NCBI GenBank assembly: GCA_050261455.1
Contig: JBLNDH010000042.1
Coordinates: 1 to 57,103, forward strand
Direction of reading: 5' to 3'
Source: Bacillota bacterium
Lineage (GTDB): Bacteria > Planctomycetota > Phycisphaerae > Tepidisphaerales > Tepidisphaeraceae
DNA: 57,103 nt
Shown: piece by piece, positions 16,977-26,160 of the stretch
Position numbering within the stretch: position 1 is the stretch's first letter
Layout of the letters: every line of letters begins with the position of its first letter
Notes under the pieces: generated by a model
What the model saw: only the letters and a program-made list of their open reading frames with translations
Database searches by the model: none
Told to the model about the DNA's origin: nothing
Program-made: the position numbers and the translations under genes

Positions 16977-19518
16977 CTATGCAATCGGCAGTGAGTTCGT
17001 GCGCAAGCTGGCCGAGCACCTGTCGCAGGCCACAGCGGCGACCATTGCCAAATGGTTCCCTCAGTCCCGGAATCACCGGTTGTGGGGCGACGTAGATCAG
17101 TTCCATACGATCATCTGCAAAGGTTGCTGGCCGCTGTCGCCCTACGCCACATGGTGCATGTTCTACCTCGCTGCTGCCGGCAAGCACTTGCAGGAGCGTT
17201 CTGCGCTGGCGTTGCTGGGCGACATGTTTGGTCGCTTCGCGGGTGCCGAGGTCGTGCAGGGCCGCACGTGGAGGCTTTGGGCAGTAGACCTCTGGTCAGA
17301 CTCGCTGCAGCAGGAGTTGATCAGCTCCGAGGAAACGGGCCAGCAAGGGGCCACGACACACGCCTATGCGTCGGTGATCAGTCGCCATGGATCAGCCCTA
17401 ACGGGAGAGCTGCAGCGTATCCTCTGTGCCGTAGTATTGGCATCGCAGCTGGGATTACAGGTCGACGATAGGAATGAAGCCATCCTCGCCCTTGGTGACC
17501 TCGCCGGAGTTCCCGAGGAGACCGCCCAAGATGCTGTGGGGCGGCTGCAGGACGAGTACAACGTACTCGATTGGGATCAGGCATTCAGGGCATTCGATAT
17601 CCTCGGCGACGCTGTGCCACGCAATCAGTTCCTCGCCTTCGTGCGGCAACGCGTTGCCAGCGCATACGATGAAACCGGAAAGGCACAGCTGTTTGTTAGC
17701 AAGGCGGCGTCGTGGTGCGAGTTGCTCGTTGATCTCGACTGTGATTTCGCCGAAGAGAATAGCATCACAACCCGAGAATGGCGATATCAGGCCGTGACTT
17801 CGAACCTGAACTTCCTGAGGCAGCAGATCGCGATCGCCAGTGACCGGTGGACTGCGGCCGTAGGCGTCGATGAGCCGCGTGGCACGGTCAGCTATACGTA
17901 TGTCGAGCCCAGCCGTGTACCCGTAGACGTTCTCTCCGAGGCCAGCAGGCTCCTGAAGTCCGCGGCGCGCGATGTCGGGGCCTCCGCCCTTCCGATATTG
18001 GTTGTTCTCCTCTGTGACGAGGATGCCATTTCGCAAGGTGTCCAGAATGGCATGTTCCGTGGGAAGTTCATGGACCTGACCGCCCCGCATCGCACTGACC
18101 TGATTCCGGTTGGTGAAGGATCGGCCGAGTGGGAAACGCTGTTGGACGACTGGGAGCAGTGCGAGAGCCACTTGGCTCGGAAGAGTTGCCTCACCCGTTC
18201 CGTCGAACTGAAGACGCGAGTGCCAGTTCCGCCGGCTATCGCATATCGAGAGGCCCGTCTGCGTGAACAAGCCGTCGCGAGCCTGGAAGCCTTGACCAGC
18301 ATGGAGGAGAAGCAGAACGACGCCGCTGCGAAGATCGAGCAAGGACGCGAGAGGTGCGACGTTGGGCTGCTTACTTGGGGCGCTGCGGCGCTGAAGGCCA
18401 CCTGTGACCAGATGGCTGCGGAAAAGCCAGCATGGACTGACGCTCAAATCGCCGAGGTGCAGCCGCTGTGTGAGAAAGCGCGTCAGGCCGTGGTCCTGCT
18501 GTTTCCGGACTGGATTACCCGGCAGTGTCCAAGGAGCGACTCGCCGGACGCGGTGGGCGAGTTCAAGCACAAGATGCTGCATCTTGTAGGTGGCAATCTG
18601 AAGAGGCTGGGACTGGAGGAGCTGTTCCGGCAAACCGAAGTCTGCACTCTCCAGATTATCCGCAAGGCAGAGACGGTTGTTGAAGCTCGGCAGTTGGTTC
18701 GCGATGTACAGTCATGGCTAACAGCCCGTAAGGACGCGACGCGCGTCGTGCGAATCGCAGAGCTGAAAGGGTTCAGGGAGGTCGGAACCGAATACACGCG
18801 GAAACTCCAGGGCATGTGGGAGCGAATCCAGACTCCTGACATTGCGGTTGCGCGTCCCCAGCTATCGGCCTTTCTGTCCGAACTCAAGGAGGCAGAGACC
18901 ACGATTGCGGACAGGGCATCGGCACTGTGGGATGCAAAGATACGAACCGAGGACGACCTCACGCGAATACTGACGGAAGTGGATGCTCTCACCGTCGCAT
19001 ACGATAGCATGCCGGCCGATCTCGAGGACCTTCAGCTGATGCGACGCGCGCTGAAACTCCACCAACGAGCCTACCAGCGACTGTCTGACGAGAAACTAAC
19101 GGATGCGGAACTCGAAGGCGTGGCGGCCGAGATCCGCAGCGAGATCGACGCGGTGATTGGAGAGGATGAACTACCCTGGCCGCCGGATGAGACGATCGAC
19201 GAGTTCCTGGGCGCCATCAGGAAGCATCGAAAGGAGCTCAGTACGAGATGGATCGACAGCCTGGAGAAGGATGCCGACGGAATCCAAGCGATGAGCGCTG
19301 GTGAGGCCAATCGACTCCACGCTCGGCTCAACGCTCCCCCGGCTGTCCTGACGGAACCACACGCGAAGCGGCTGCAACTGATTGCCAAGAAGGTCGATGC
19401 CCGGCTGGATGCCCTGAGTGTGGAATGGTTGATCGAGAAGTTCAGGGAACTGCCGGCGAAGAGCAGAAGGGAGTTCCTCAGCCGAGCGCGCCAGATCATC
19501 GACGAGAGACAGGCATGA
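16849..19518 (+). CDS. Large (~840-890 aa) helical protein. It resembles the post-ATPase part of DUF499/BrxC(PglY)-type P-loop proteins, and its N-terminal NTPase domain is apparently missing.
   Basis: The long ORF (track 16699-19518) has an amino-acid composition typical of real proteins. WPLSPYATWCMFYLAAAGKHLQERSALALL (17128-17220) parallels the YPFHP...FQRTRGVLRLL signature that follows the P-loop domain in DUF499/BrxC. No Walker A is present. The first ~50 codons are antisense to the alpA-like gene. The C-terminal half is coiled-coil-rich. Confidence 0.7.
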   Translation: MVSRFHRRTLPPSLISALGNLPADIQRKSVRSAKHSDAVEADVYAIGSEFVRKLAEHLSQATAATIAKWFPQSRNHRLWGDVDQFHTIICKGCWPLSPYATWCMFYLAAAGKHLQERSALALLGDMFGRFAGAEVVQGRTWRLWAVDLWSDSLQQELISSEETGQQGATTHAYASVISRHGSALTGELQRILCAVVLASQLGLQVDDRNEAILALGDLAGVPEETAQDAVGRLQDEYNVLDWDQAFRAFDILGDAVPRNQFLAFVRQRVASAYDETGKAQLFVSKAASWCELLVDLDCDFAEENSITTREWRYQAVTSNLNFLRQQIAIASDRWTAAVGVDEPRGTVSYTYVEPSRVPVDVLSEASRLLKSAARDVGASALPILVVLLCDEDAISQGVQNGMFRGKFMDLTAPHRTDLIPVGEGSAEWETLLDDWEQCESHLARKSCLTRSVELKTRVPVPPAIAYREARLREQAVASLEALTSMEEKQNDAAAKIEQGRERCDVGLLTWGAAALKATCDQMAAEKPAWTDAQIAEVQPLCEKARQAVVLLFPDWITRQCPRSDSPDAVGEFKHKMLHLVGGNLKRLGLEELFRQTEVCTLQIIRKAETVVEARQLVRDVQSWLTARKDATRVVRIAELKGFREVGTEYTRKLQGMWERIQTPDIAVARPQLSAFLSELKEAETTIADRASALWDAKIRTEDDLTRILTEVDALTVAYDSMPADLEDLQLMRRALKLHQRAYQRLSDEKLTDAELEGVAAEIRSEIDAVIGEDELPWPPDETIDEFLGAIRKHRKELSTRWIDSLEKDADGIQAMSAGEANRLHARLNAPPAVLTEPHAKRLQLIAKKVDARLDALSVEWLIEKFRELPAKSRREFLSRARQIIDERQA

Positions 19519-19581
19519 GCTGCCATTATTTGTGGTCGCCGGCGACCGGCAATGTGCCTTGAGCGAGGTCTAGTTAACGAT

Positions 19582-19995
19582 ATGGGCTCGCAGCGGTTCC
19601 ATCGTCACAAGACGGCCATCGCGCGGAAGGACCTCTCCCGCCCGATGAAACTGGCCGTTGACGCCGAACTCGTGACAAGCGGCGTTACCGTGTTTGACTA
19701 CGGATGCGGGCGCGGAGGCGACTTAAGCATTCTGGCGGGGATGGGCATCAGGGCAGCCGGCTGGGATCCAGTACACCGTCCCGACGCAACCAAAGCGCCG
19801 GCCGACGTGGTAAACCTCGGGTACGTTGTTAACGTTATCGAGGATACCAACGAGCGTGCCGCCACTCTCAAAGCAGCATGGGAGCTCGCGGAGAAGGTCC
19901 TGATCGTTTCGGCTCGTTCTCGACCATGAGCGGGAATCCGGCACCTGGGAACGCTTCGGGGATGGCTTTGTGACGGCACGCGGCACGTTCCAGAA
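19582..19995 (+). pseudogene. DNA-phosphorothioation-associated putative methyltransferase (TIGR04096-like), N-terminal ~140 codons, frameshifted and 3'-truncated
   Basis: MGSQRFHRHKTAIARKDLSRPMKLAV...VFDYGCGRGGDLSILAGMGIRAAGWDPVHRPD...DVVNLGYVVNVIEDTNERAATLKAAWELAEKVLIVSAR, then a stop. The +1 frame continues (V)LDHERESGTWERFGDGFVTARGTFQN. Similarity ends near 19995. Confidence 0.7.
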
Positions 19996-20179
19996 CCAAT
20001 TGGCGGTGCAGTCGCTCAAACTGCCGCTTGTCCTCCAGGGTTCCCGCAGCCGGATTAGCGCACAAGCCATGGCGTCGGCTGTTGAGCTTGGCAATGGCCT
20101 TGCCCCCGGCGGAGCGTGGGCCGGTGCTCAACTGGCTATTGAGCTGGTTGCGTTTCACGATCGCTTGGGTCGATCCCAT
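19990..20179 (-). pseudogene. N-terminal scrap of a small conserved hypothetical protein (STGPR...GK...KHGL motif family)
   Basis: MGSTQAIVKRNQLNSQLSTGPRSAGGKAIAKLNSRRHGLCANPAAGTLEDKRQFERLHRQLVLE. Beyond ~19990 the frame is merely antisense to the methyltransferase scrap. Confidence 0.35.
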
Positions 20180-20700
20180 CCGAAACTTTCTGTGCCCAGC
20201 GCGGTTGCCGGCTGCCTGGACTCCGTAGCTCGTGCCCATTTCTGCCGGGAGCCGAGGCCAGCCATTCCGCCAGCCGGGATTGTACCATGCGCAGGTCTCG
20301 CGGGATTCGCGGCACACAGCTGATTACACGGTGCAGTCCCCTGCTCAGCGCATGCCTGCGACGCGCAATGCTCGTGGGAGCTGCCATGCCCCTACTTCGA
20401 TTGAATCTTTCGCGTAATCGTCGGGTCTGCTCCGTGGCAACGGCAGGAGTATCAGACGCGGCGACACCGAGATACCGTTTCAGCTGCTCCAGCACAGCCG
20501 GATTGCCCGCCGGCGCAGGCTGTACCGGTTGCAGTTGGATCGGCAATGCCTGCGACGCGTCACTTGTTGGCGCGGGCATCTTCTCGGTGCATAACTGCTC
20601 TACGACTGTACCCGCCTGCTTCCCGGCCTCGTTGCAGGCCGCTTGCTCCCTCGTGTTGTCATGCTGAATCGCATTTCCGCTAAAAAGTGGTTTGATCGGT

Positions 20701-20747
20701 TTGACCCTGTTTCTTGACGCCTACTACTATACCATCCGTATGGATGG
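20701..20747 (+). promoter_or_regulatory. Candidate sigma70-like promoter plus inverted-repeat operator upstream of the RHH gene
   Basis: TTGACC (20701-06), 18 nt spacer, TACTAT (20725-30), followed directly by CCATCC-gtat-GGATGG (20732-20747). The AAGGAGG RBS is at 20771 and the ATG at 20783. Confidence 0.3.
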
Positions 20748-20782
20748 CGTTTAGATGATATACAGATGGCAAGGAGGCGGTC

Positions 20783-21172
20783 ATGGCCGGCGAGACGGAG
20801 AAGATCACGATGAACCTGGGTCCCATTGATCTGGGTCAGATCGATCTGCTGGTTCAAGAGGGATTCTACTCCAACCGCACCGACTTTCTCCGCACCGCCA
20901 TCCGCAACCAATTGGCCGCTCATGCTGATGCCGTCCGGCAGGCTGTTGCCCGCAAGACACTCGTGCTCGGGCTGCAGCAGTACACTCGCCAAGACTTGGA
21001 GGCGGTGCGTGCGGCCGGGCAGCGGCTGCAAATCAGGGTCTTGGGCCTGGCCAGTATCGCCGAGGACGTCTCGCCGGAACTGGCCCTGGCCACGATCGAC
21101 AGCATCAGCGTGCTGGGGGCATTTCATGCCAGTGACGCGGTGAAGCGGGCGCTGGCCGAACGGATCACGTAG
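20783..21172 (+). CDS. CopG/ribbon-helix-helix family regulator
   Basis: 129-aa ORF with a strong RBS. KITMNLGPIDLGQIDLLVQEGFYSNRTDFLRTAIRNQL is a canonical RHH N-terminus. Confidence 0.8.
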   Translation: MAGETEKITMNLGPIDLGQIDLLVQEGFYSNRTDFLRTAIRNQLAAHADAVRQAVARKTLVLGLQQYTRQDLEAVRAAGQRLQIRVLGLASIAEDVSPELALATIDSISVLGAFHASDAVKRALAERIT

Positions 21173-21226
21173 CCGGACGTGGTGGCCCAGGTGGCCGCCT
21201 GCAGAACACCCGTGAAAGGACATCTC

Positions 21227-22519
21227 ATGAACACCGGAATACTGGAAGCAATGCGTCTCACGCGCGAAGGGAAGTTGGCCGAGGCGACGGCCCTCATTCA
21301 ACGTACCTTAAAAGGCGGGCACGCTCCGCCCAGCGCCCCCGTAGGCCAAGCGAGTTCAGTAGAACCCATCGCGCTGACGGGACCCGTTGCCACCGAAGCG
21401 GCGGACACAGACCAAGCGACCTCGTCTGAAGCGTCGGCGGCGGCATCAGAGGCGCAGCCACGGTCAACCATCCATGCAAGGGCTCGCCGCATGCCGACCG
21501 GCCGTCCCTTTGTCCCGCCCCTGAAGCCTCCCGTCGAGTCGCGGGTACCTGGATTGGAGGGACTGTTTGGGCGCGGGCCTGTCCTGCAGCCGACTCCGGT
21601 GGACTTGGCGGGACCCGGCCAGTGGATCGCGGGAACCCATACCAGCGCGGCGGGAAAGCGAGACTATAAGCTCTACATTCCCAGCGGGTATCGCGGCCAG
21701 GCCTTGCCGCTGGTGGTCATGCTCCATGGCTGCACGCAGAGCCCCGATGATTTCGCCGCCGGCACCGGCATGAACGCCATGGCGGAAGCGGAAGGGTTCC
21801 TCGTGGCCTATCCGGCACAAGCCCCCACCGCCAACCCCTCGAAATGCTGGAATTGGTTTGACGCCACCCACCAGCAGCGAGACGGTGGCGAGCCCACGCT
21901 CATCGCCGGGATCACGCGTCAGGTGATGGCCCAATACAGCATCGATCCTGGCCGGATCTATGTGGCGGGACTCTCGGCGGGTGGGGCGATGGCGGCAATC
22001 CTGGGGGCGACGTATCCCGACCTCTATGCGGCCGTCGGCGTGCATTCGGGCTTGGCTCCGGGCTGCGCCCAAGACCTTCCGTCGGCCTTTCAGGCGATGC
22101 AGCAAGGCGGCTCCGGGGGGCAGCAGACGCGCATGGGTCGCCTTCCCCCGCTGATCCTCTTCCATGGGGATGGCGATTCCACGGTCCACCCGTGCAATGC
22201 CGATCACCTGGTCCAGCAGTGGACCGCCACCGACGGGTCCCCAGGTCCGGGCGAAAGCGCCCCGCCGGTGACTGTACAGCAGGGGCAGGTACCCGGCGGG
22301 CGAGCCTATACCTGCGAAATCTACCATGACATACGCGGGCAGGCCGTCGTGGAACGGTGGACCGTGCACGGCGCAGGTCACGCGTGGTCGGGGGGAAGTC
22401 GCCACGGTTCGTATACCGATCCTGTCGGCCCGGATGCGTCGCGGGAGTTGGTCCGCTTCTTCCAGGAACACCCGCGGGGATTGGCGGCGCCTTGGCCGGA
22501 AGCGAAGCGGCCGCGGTGA
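21227..22519 (+). CDS. PHB-depolymerase-family esterase (LpqC/TIGR01840-like)
   Basis: Start at MNTGILEAMRL (ATG 21227). DYKLYIPSGYRGQALPLVVMLHGCTQSPDDFAAGTGMN...NPSKCWNWF...IYVAGLSAGGAMAAILG (GLSAG nucleophile elbow). Confidence 0.85.
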   Translation: MNTGILEAMRLTREGKLAEATALIQRTLKGGHAPPSAPVGQASSVEPIALTGPVATEAADTDQATSSEASAAASEAQPRSTIHARARRMPTGRPFVPPLKPPVESRVPGLEGLFGRGPVLQPTPVDLAGPGQWIAGTHTSAAGKRDYKLYIPSGYRGQALPLVVMLHGCTQSPDDFAAGTGMNAMAEAEGFLVAYPAQAPTANPSKCWNWFDATHQQRDGGEPTLIAGITRQVMAQYSIDPGRIYVAGLSAGGAMAAILGATYPDLYAAVGVHSGLAPGCAQDLPSAFQAMQQGGSGGQQTRMGRLPPLILFHGDGDSTVHPCNADHLVQQWTATDGSPGPGESAPPVTVQQGQVPGGRAYTCEIYHDIRGQAVVERWTVHGAGHAWSGGSRHGSYTDPVGPDASRELVRFFQEHPRGLAAPWPEAKRPR

Positions 22520-22792
22520 GTACAGCCACGGCCCGCCAGTTGCCAGGGGTATACCTTCCTGGTGAAGTGTCAAAGCTGAATTAGCGGGTCAGCGTCCGGG
22601 CCGGGGACGGCCCGGCTCGACTTGCGAAAGAGAATCACTCGTCAATGGCCGACTGATGGACCCCTGGTCCATTCAGGTGAACGGAGGGACGGACATGAGA
22701 GAGCCAGTGGATCTTCGATTGACGATCGGCAGCGGCGGCTGTTACGAGGAAGGCCAGGCGCTGGTCGCGAAGCGTGGGCGTAAAGGCATTCT

Positions 22793-23566
22793 ATGAACTC
22801 CGCATCTCTGCATATTCTGGTAACCGGCGCCGGCAGTGGTCTGGGCCGGGGACTCTGCCTGCACTGGGCCCGCACAGGCCACCACCTCATCCTGGCCGAT
22901 CGGAACCCCGCGGCCCTCCGCGAGACCATGCAGCTCATGGGCCCCGCGGCCGAACGGGCCTCGGCTCATGAATTCGACGTCGCTTCCGCCACGCAGGTGC
23001 AGGGTTTTCTCCAAGCCCTCGGCAACCAACCGATCCACGTGCTCATTAACGATGCCGGCGTCCAACACGTCGCCCGGCTGGAGGAGTTTCCCGAGGATCG
23101 CTGGGACCAGTTGGTGGAGGTGATACTCAAAGGGCCGTTTCTCCTGACCCGGGCACTTTTGCCGCGGATGCGGGCGGTCGGATTCGGGCGCATCATCAAC
23201 ATCGGGTCGATCCACTCGCTGGTCGCCTCCCCCTTCAAGTCCGCCTACGTGGCCGCCAAGCATGCGATGCTGGGCTTCTCGAAAGTGGTGGCGCTGGAGA
23301 CGGCGGATGTGGACATCACGATCAACACGATCTGTCCCGCCTATATCCGCACGCCCCTGGTCGAGGCCCAGATCCACGCTCAGGCGCAGACCCGCGGGAT
23401 TGCCGAGCAGGAGGTCATCGACAAAGTCATGCTGGAGCCCATGCCCAAGAAGCGGTTCATCACCGTCGAGGAGGTGGCCGCGACCGTCGAGTTCCTCATG
23501 AGCGCGCACGCCCGGAACATCACCGGCCAGACGATCGTCATCGACGGCGGCTGGACGGCGCGCTAG
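22793..23566 (+). CDS. bdhA: 3-hydroxybutyrate dehydrogenase-like short-chain dehydrogenase
   Basis: 257-aa SDR. TGAGSGLG cofactor motif. YVAAKHAMLG (YxxxK). NTICPAYIRTPLVEAQI and the C-terminal ITGQTIVIDGGWTAR are typical of BdhA. It terminates with TAG at the natural family C-terminus. Confidence 0.75.
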   Translation: MNSASLHILVTGAGSGLGRGLCLHWARTGHHLILADRNPAALRETMQLMGPAAERASAHEFDVASATQVQGFLQALGNQPIHVLINDAGVQHVARLEEFPEDRWDQLVEVILKGPFLLTRALLPRMRAVGFGRIINIGSIHSLVASPFKSAYVAAKHAMLGFSKVVALETADVDITINTICPAYIRTPLVEAQIHAQAQTRGIAEQEVIDKVMLEPMPKKRFITVEEVAATVEFLMSAHARNITGQTIVIDGGWTAR

Positions 23567-23618
23567 AGCCTCGACCTCCCGTGCCGCACGAAATTGGCCC
23601 ATTGACGAGAGGCTATCC

Positions 23619-25679
23619 ATGAACACGGAATCGTTGTCTGCCGAACTGATTCGCCGCGGCCTGGAGATCGCGCCGGCGCGGGAAACGGCCCAATGGATTT
23701 GCCAGGCGATGGATGTCCATCGGCCGCAGGAAGCCTGGTCGCGAATTTGCCGCCAAATCCTCGACCCTCGCCACGACTTCGCTCTTCACGCGTTTCTCTA
23801 CGAACAATGCTATGGCAGTCCCGATGCGACTGCGCCGAGAGGCCCGGCGTGGATCCCCCCGTCCGACGTGATCCAACGCGCCAATATCACCGCGGCGCTG
23901 CAATGGGCGCAAGTGCCCGACTACCCCTCGCTGCACCGCTGGTCCGTGGAGCATCGCGAAGCTTACTGGCAGCGGGTGATCGAGCTTCTGAACATTCGCT
24001 TGCGTCAGCCCTTCCAGACAATCCTCGACGCCTCCGAGCCCACCCGGCCTCGATGGCTGCCCGGCGCGCGATTGAACATCGTCGATAGCTGCTTCAATGC
24101 CAACCGCGATGGGCCGGCCATCGTCTACGCACGCGGCGATGACACCCTGCAACAAATCCGCTACGGCGAGCTGTGTCAACTCAGCGGGCGCGTGGCCAAC
24201 GCCCTCCTCCAGCGAGGCATCCAGCCGGGCGACGCGGTGGCGATCGTCATGCCGATGACGCCCCACGCCGTCGCCATCTATCTGGGAATCCTCGCCGCCG
24301 GGGCCGCGGTCGTCTCGATCGCCGACAGCTTCGCGCCGGAAGAGATGGCCACACGCCTGCGAATTGGCCAGGCGAAAAGGGTCTTCACCCAGGACTACAT
24401 TCACCGCGGCGGCAATCGCCTGCCCCTCTACGACAAGCTCATCACCGCTGGCGCGCCCCCGGCGATTGTCCTGGGCGGCCAAGGGGCGGCGTCGGTCGCC
24501 CTGCGCAGCGGCGACCAGACCTGGGAAGCATTCCTCAGCGCCGATGACCGATTGGCGCCAGTCGCTTGCAACCCCGGCGACGCGATCAACATCCTCTTCT
24601 CCTCCGGCACCACCGGCGAACCCAAGGCCATCCCCTGGGACCACACCACGCCGCTCAAATGCGCCGCCGATGCCTTTTTCCATCACGATATCCATCCCGG
24701 CAATGTGCTCTGCTGGCCGACGAGCCTGGGATGGATGATGGGCCCGTGGCTGATCTTCGCAGCCCTGCTGAACCGGGCCACCATCGCCCTGACCGACCAG
24801 GTGCCGACAAGCCGCGGCTTCGGACAATTCGTACAGAATGCCCATGTCACCATGCTGGGAGTGGTGCCCAGCCTGGTGCGGGTTTGGCGGCAAAGTGCCT
24901 GCATGCAAGGCCTGGACTGGAGCGCCATCCGCGCCTTCAGTTCCACCGGCGAAAGCTCCAACCCGCAGGACATGCTCTACCTGATGCACCTGGCGGGCTA
25001 TCGGCCCGTCATCGAGTACTGCGGCGGCACCGAGATCGGCGGGGCGTACATCACCGGCACGGTGGTGCAACCTTGCGTCCCGGCAACATTCAGCACCCCG
25101 GCTCTCGGGCTGGATTTGGTGCTGCTCGATGAGCAGAACCAGCCGGCATCGCGCGGTGAGGTGTTTCTCATCGGCCCCTCCATCGGGCTATCCACCCGCC
25201 TGCTCAACCGCGATCACGACGCCGTCTACTTCGCCCACACGCCCCCCGGCCCCGGCGGGGTTCCGCTCCGCCGCCACGGCGATGACCTGGAACGCGGACC
25301 CGAAGGCTATTACCGGGTCCTCGGACGTTCAGATGACACCATGAACCTGGGCGGCATCAAGGTGGGCTGTGCCGAGATCGAACGGGTGCTGAACCAGCTG
25401 GAGGCCATCCAGGAAACCGCCGCCATCGCGATCGCCCCGCCGGAAGGCGGACCCTCGCAGTTGGTGATTTACGCGGTGCTGCGGCCGGGGCAGAGCGTAC
25501 CCGTGGCGGAGCTGAAGCCCGCCATGCAGCAGGCCCTTCGCCAGCACCTCAATCCGCTATTCAAAGTACAGGAGGTGCAGTTGATCTCGGCCTTGCCGCG
25601 GACCGCGTCCAACAAGGTGATGCGCCGGGAACTGCGGGCAGAGTACCGAACCGCAGAGCCAGACTGCTCGGCCACGTAA
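23619..25679 (+). CDS. AMP-dependent acyl-CoA synthetase (acetyl/acetoacetyl-CoA synthetase-like)
   Basis: 686-aa ORF. RWLPGARLNIVDSCF. AMP-binding motif ILFSSGTTGEPKAI. GGTEIGG. Late DDTMNLGGIKVGCAEIE and ASNKVMRREL. Confidence 0.85.
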   Translation: MNTESLSAELIRRGLEIAPARETAQWICQAMDVHRPQEAWSRICRQILDPRHDFALHAFLYEQCYGSPDATAPRGPAWIPPSDVIQRANITAALQWAQVPDYPSLHRWSVEHREAYWQRVIELLNIRLRQPFQTILDASEPTRPRWLPGARLNIVDSCFNANRDGPAIVYARGDDTLQQIRYGELCQLSGRVANALLQRGIQPGDAVAIVMPMTPHAVAIYLGILAAGAAVVSIADSFAPEEMATRLRIGQAKRVFTQDYIHRGGNRLPLYDKLITAGAPPAIVLGGQGAASVALRSGDQTWEAFLSADDRLAPVACNPGDAINILFSSGTTGEPKAIPWDHTTPLKCAADAFFHHDIHPGNVLCWPTSLGWMMGPWLIFAALLNRATIALTDQVPTSRGFGQFVQNAHVTMLGVVPSLVRVWRQSACMQGLDWSAIRAFSSTGESSNPQDMLYLMHLAGYRPVIEYCGGTEIGGAYITGTVVQPCVPATFSTPALGLDLVLLDEQNQPASRGEVFLIGPSIGLSTRLLNRDHDAVYFAHTPPGPGGVPLRRHGDDLERGPEGYYRVLGRSDDTMNLGGIKVGCAEIERVLNQLEAIQETAAIAIAPPEGGPSQLVIYAVLRPGQSVPVAELKPAMQQALRQHLNPLFKVQEVQLISALPRTASNKVMRRELRAEYRTAEPDCSAT

Positions 25680-25693
25680 CACGCTCCGTGCTG

Positions 25694-25882
25694 TTATTGG
25701 GCGTCGGTGGTCGTCTCCTCTTCCCAAGCGAGTCGCAGTGCTCGTGCCTCACGGATGGCCGATGGCCTGTCACTGCCCAGGAAGAACTTCTTCTGTGTTC
25801 GTCTTCCGTTCTTTAGATGGAACCCAATGGAGACGGCGTAGAAGCCTTGCTTGGTCAGATATGGCAGACGTTCCTTGCTCAT
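25694..25882 (-). pseudogene. Possible integrase N-terminal (arm-binding) scrap
   Basis: MSKERLPYLTKQGFYAVSIGFHLKNGRRTQKKFFLGSDRPSAIREARALRLAWEEE resembles the N-terminus of planctomycete-type integrases. It stops abutting the synthetase gene. Confidence 0.3.
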
Positions 25883-26060
25883 TGCGTTGCTATGTGATTC
25901 GTCCTTGCAGCCTCAGCTACAACACCGAAACACATTACGCGGGGGGAAAACGCTGGCAAGAGTTGATCCTGGCGGGATTTAGGAAAGTTCACAGGAACCC
26001 CTAAGCTTGGCTCCGGCCGGAACTCAACTGCTATTCTTGAGGCAAGATAGGAAAATCCAA

Positions 26061-26086
26061 CAAAAAACCCCTCGTAAAGAGAGGTT
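26061..26086 (-). terminator. Hairpin plus T-run on the minus strand, 49 nt beyond the tRNA-like 3' end
   Basis: Minus-strand aacctctc-tttac-gaggggtt (7/8 bp) followed by ttttttg. Confidence 0.4.
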
Positions 26087-26134
26087 ACAGGAAAGTACTT
26101 TTTCTACACTAAGCCCTTATGGGATAAGGCTTAA

Positions 26135-26160
26135 TGCATCTTGTAGGACTCGAACCTACA
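26135..26160 (-). repeat. att-like direct repeat A: tRNA T-arm + acceptor 3' strand + discriminator (minus-strand sense)
   Basis: tgcaTcttgtaggactcgaacctaca. Its reverse complement is GTAGG-TTCGAGT-CCTAC-AAGATGC-A. It matches 44545-44570 at 25 of 26 positions. No 5' acceptor strand or D-arm lies at the proper distance. Confidence 0.55.

Noticed and set aside
17455-18633. 392-aa minus-strand ORF
   Set aside because: Antisense to the long 16849-19518 ORF, whose composition and length are far more protein-like.
20136-20579. 147-aa minus-strand ORF (MPAPTSDASQALPIQLQ…)
   Set aside because: Low-complexity Pro/Ala/Arg-rich translation that overlaps other frames in a region of gene scraps. No motif or RBS support. 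The part 20320-20600 is left unresolved.
23613-25070. 485-aa minus-strand ORF
   Set aside because: Antisense to the acyl-CoA synthetase, which has clear AMP-binding motifs. The shadow composition is Arg/Gly/Ala/Asp-rich.
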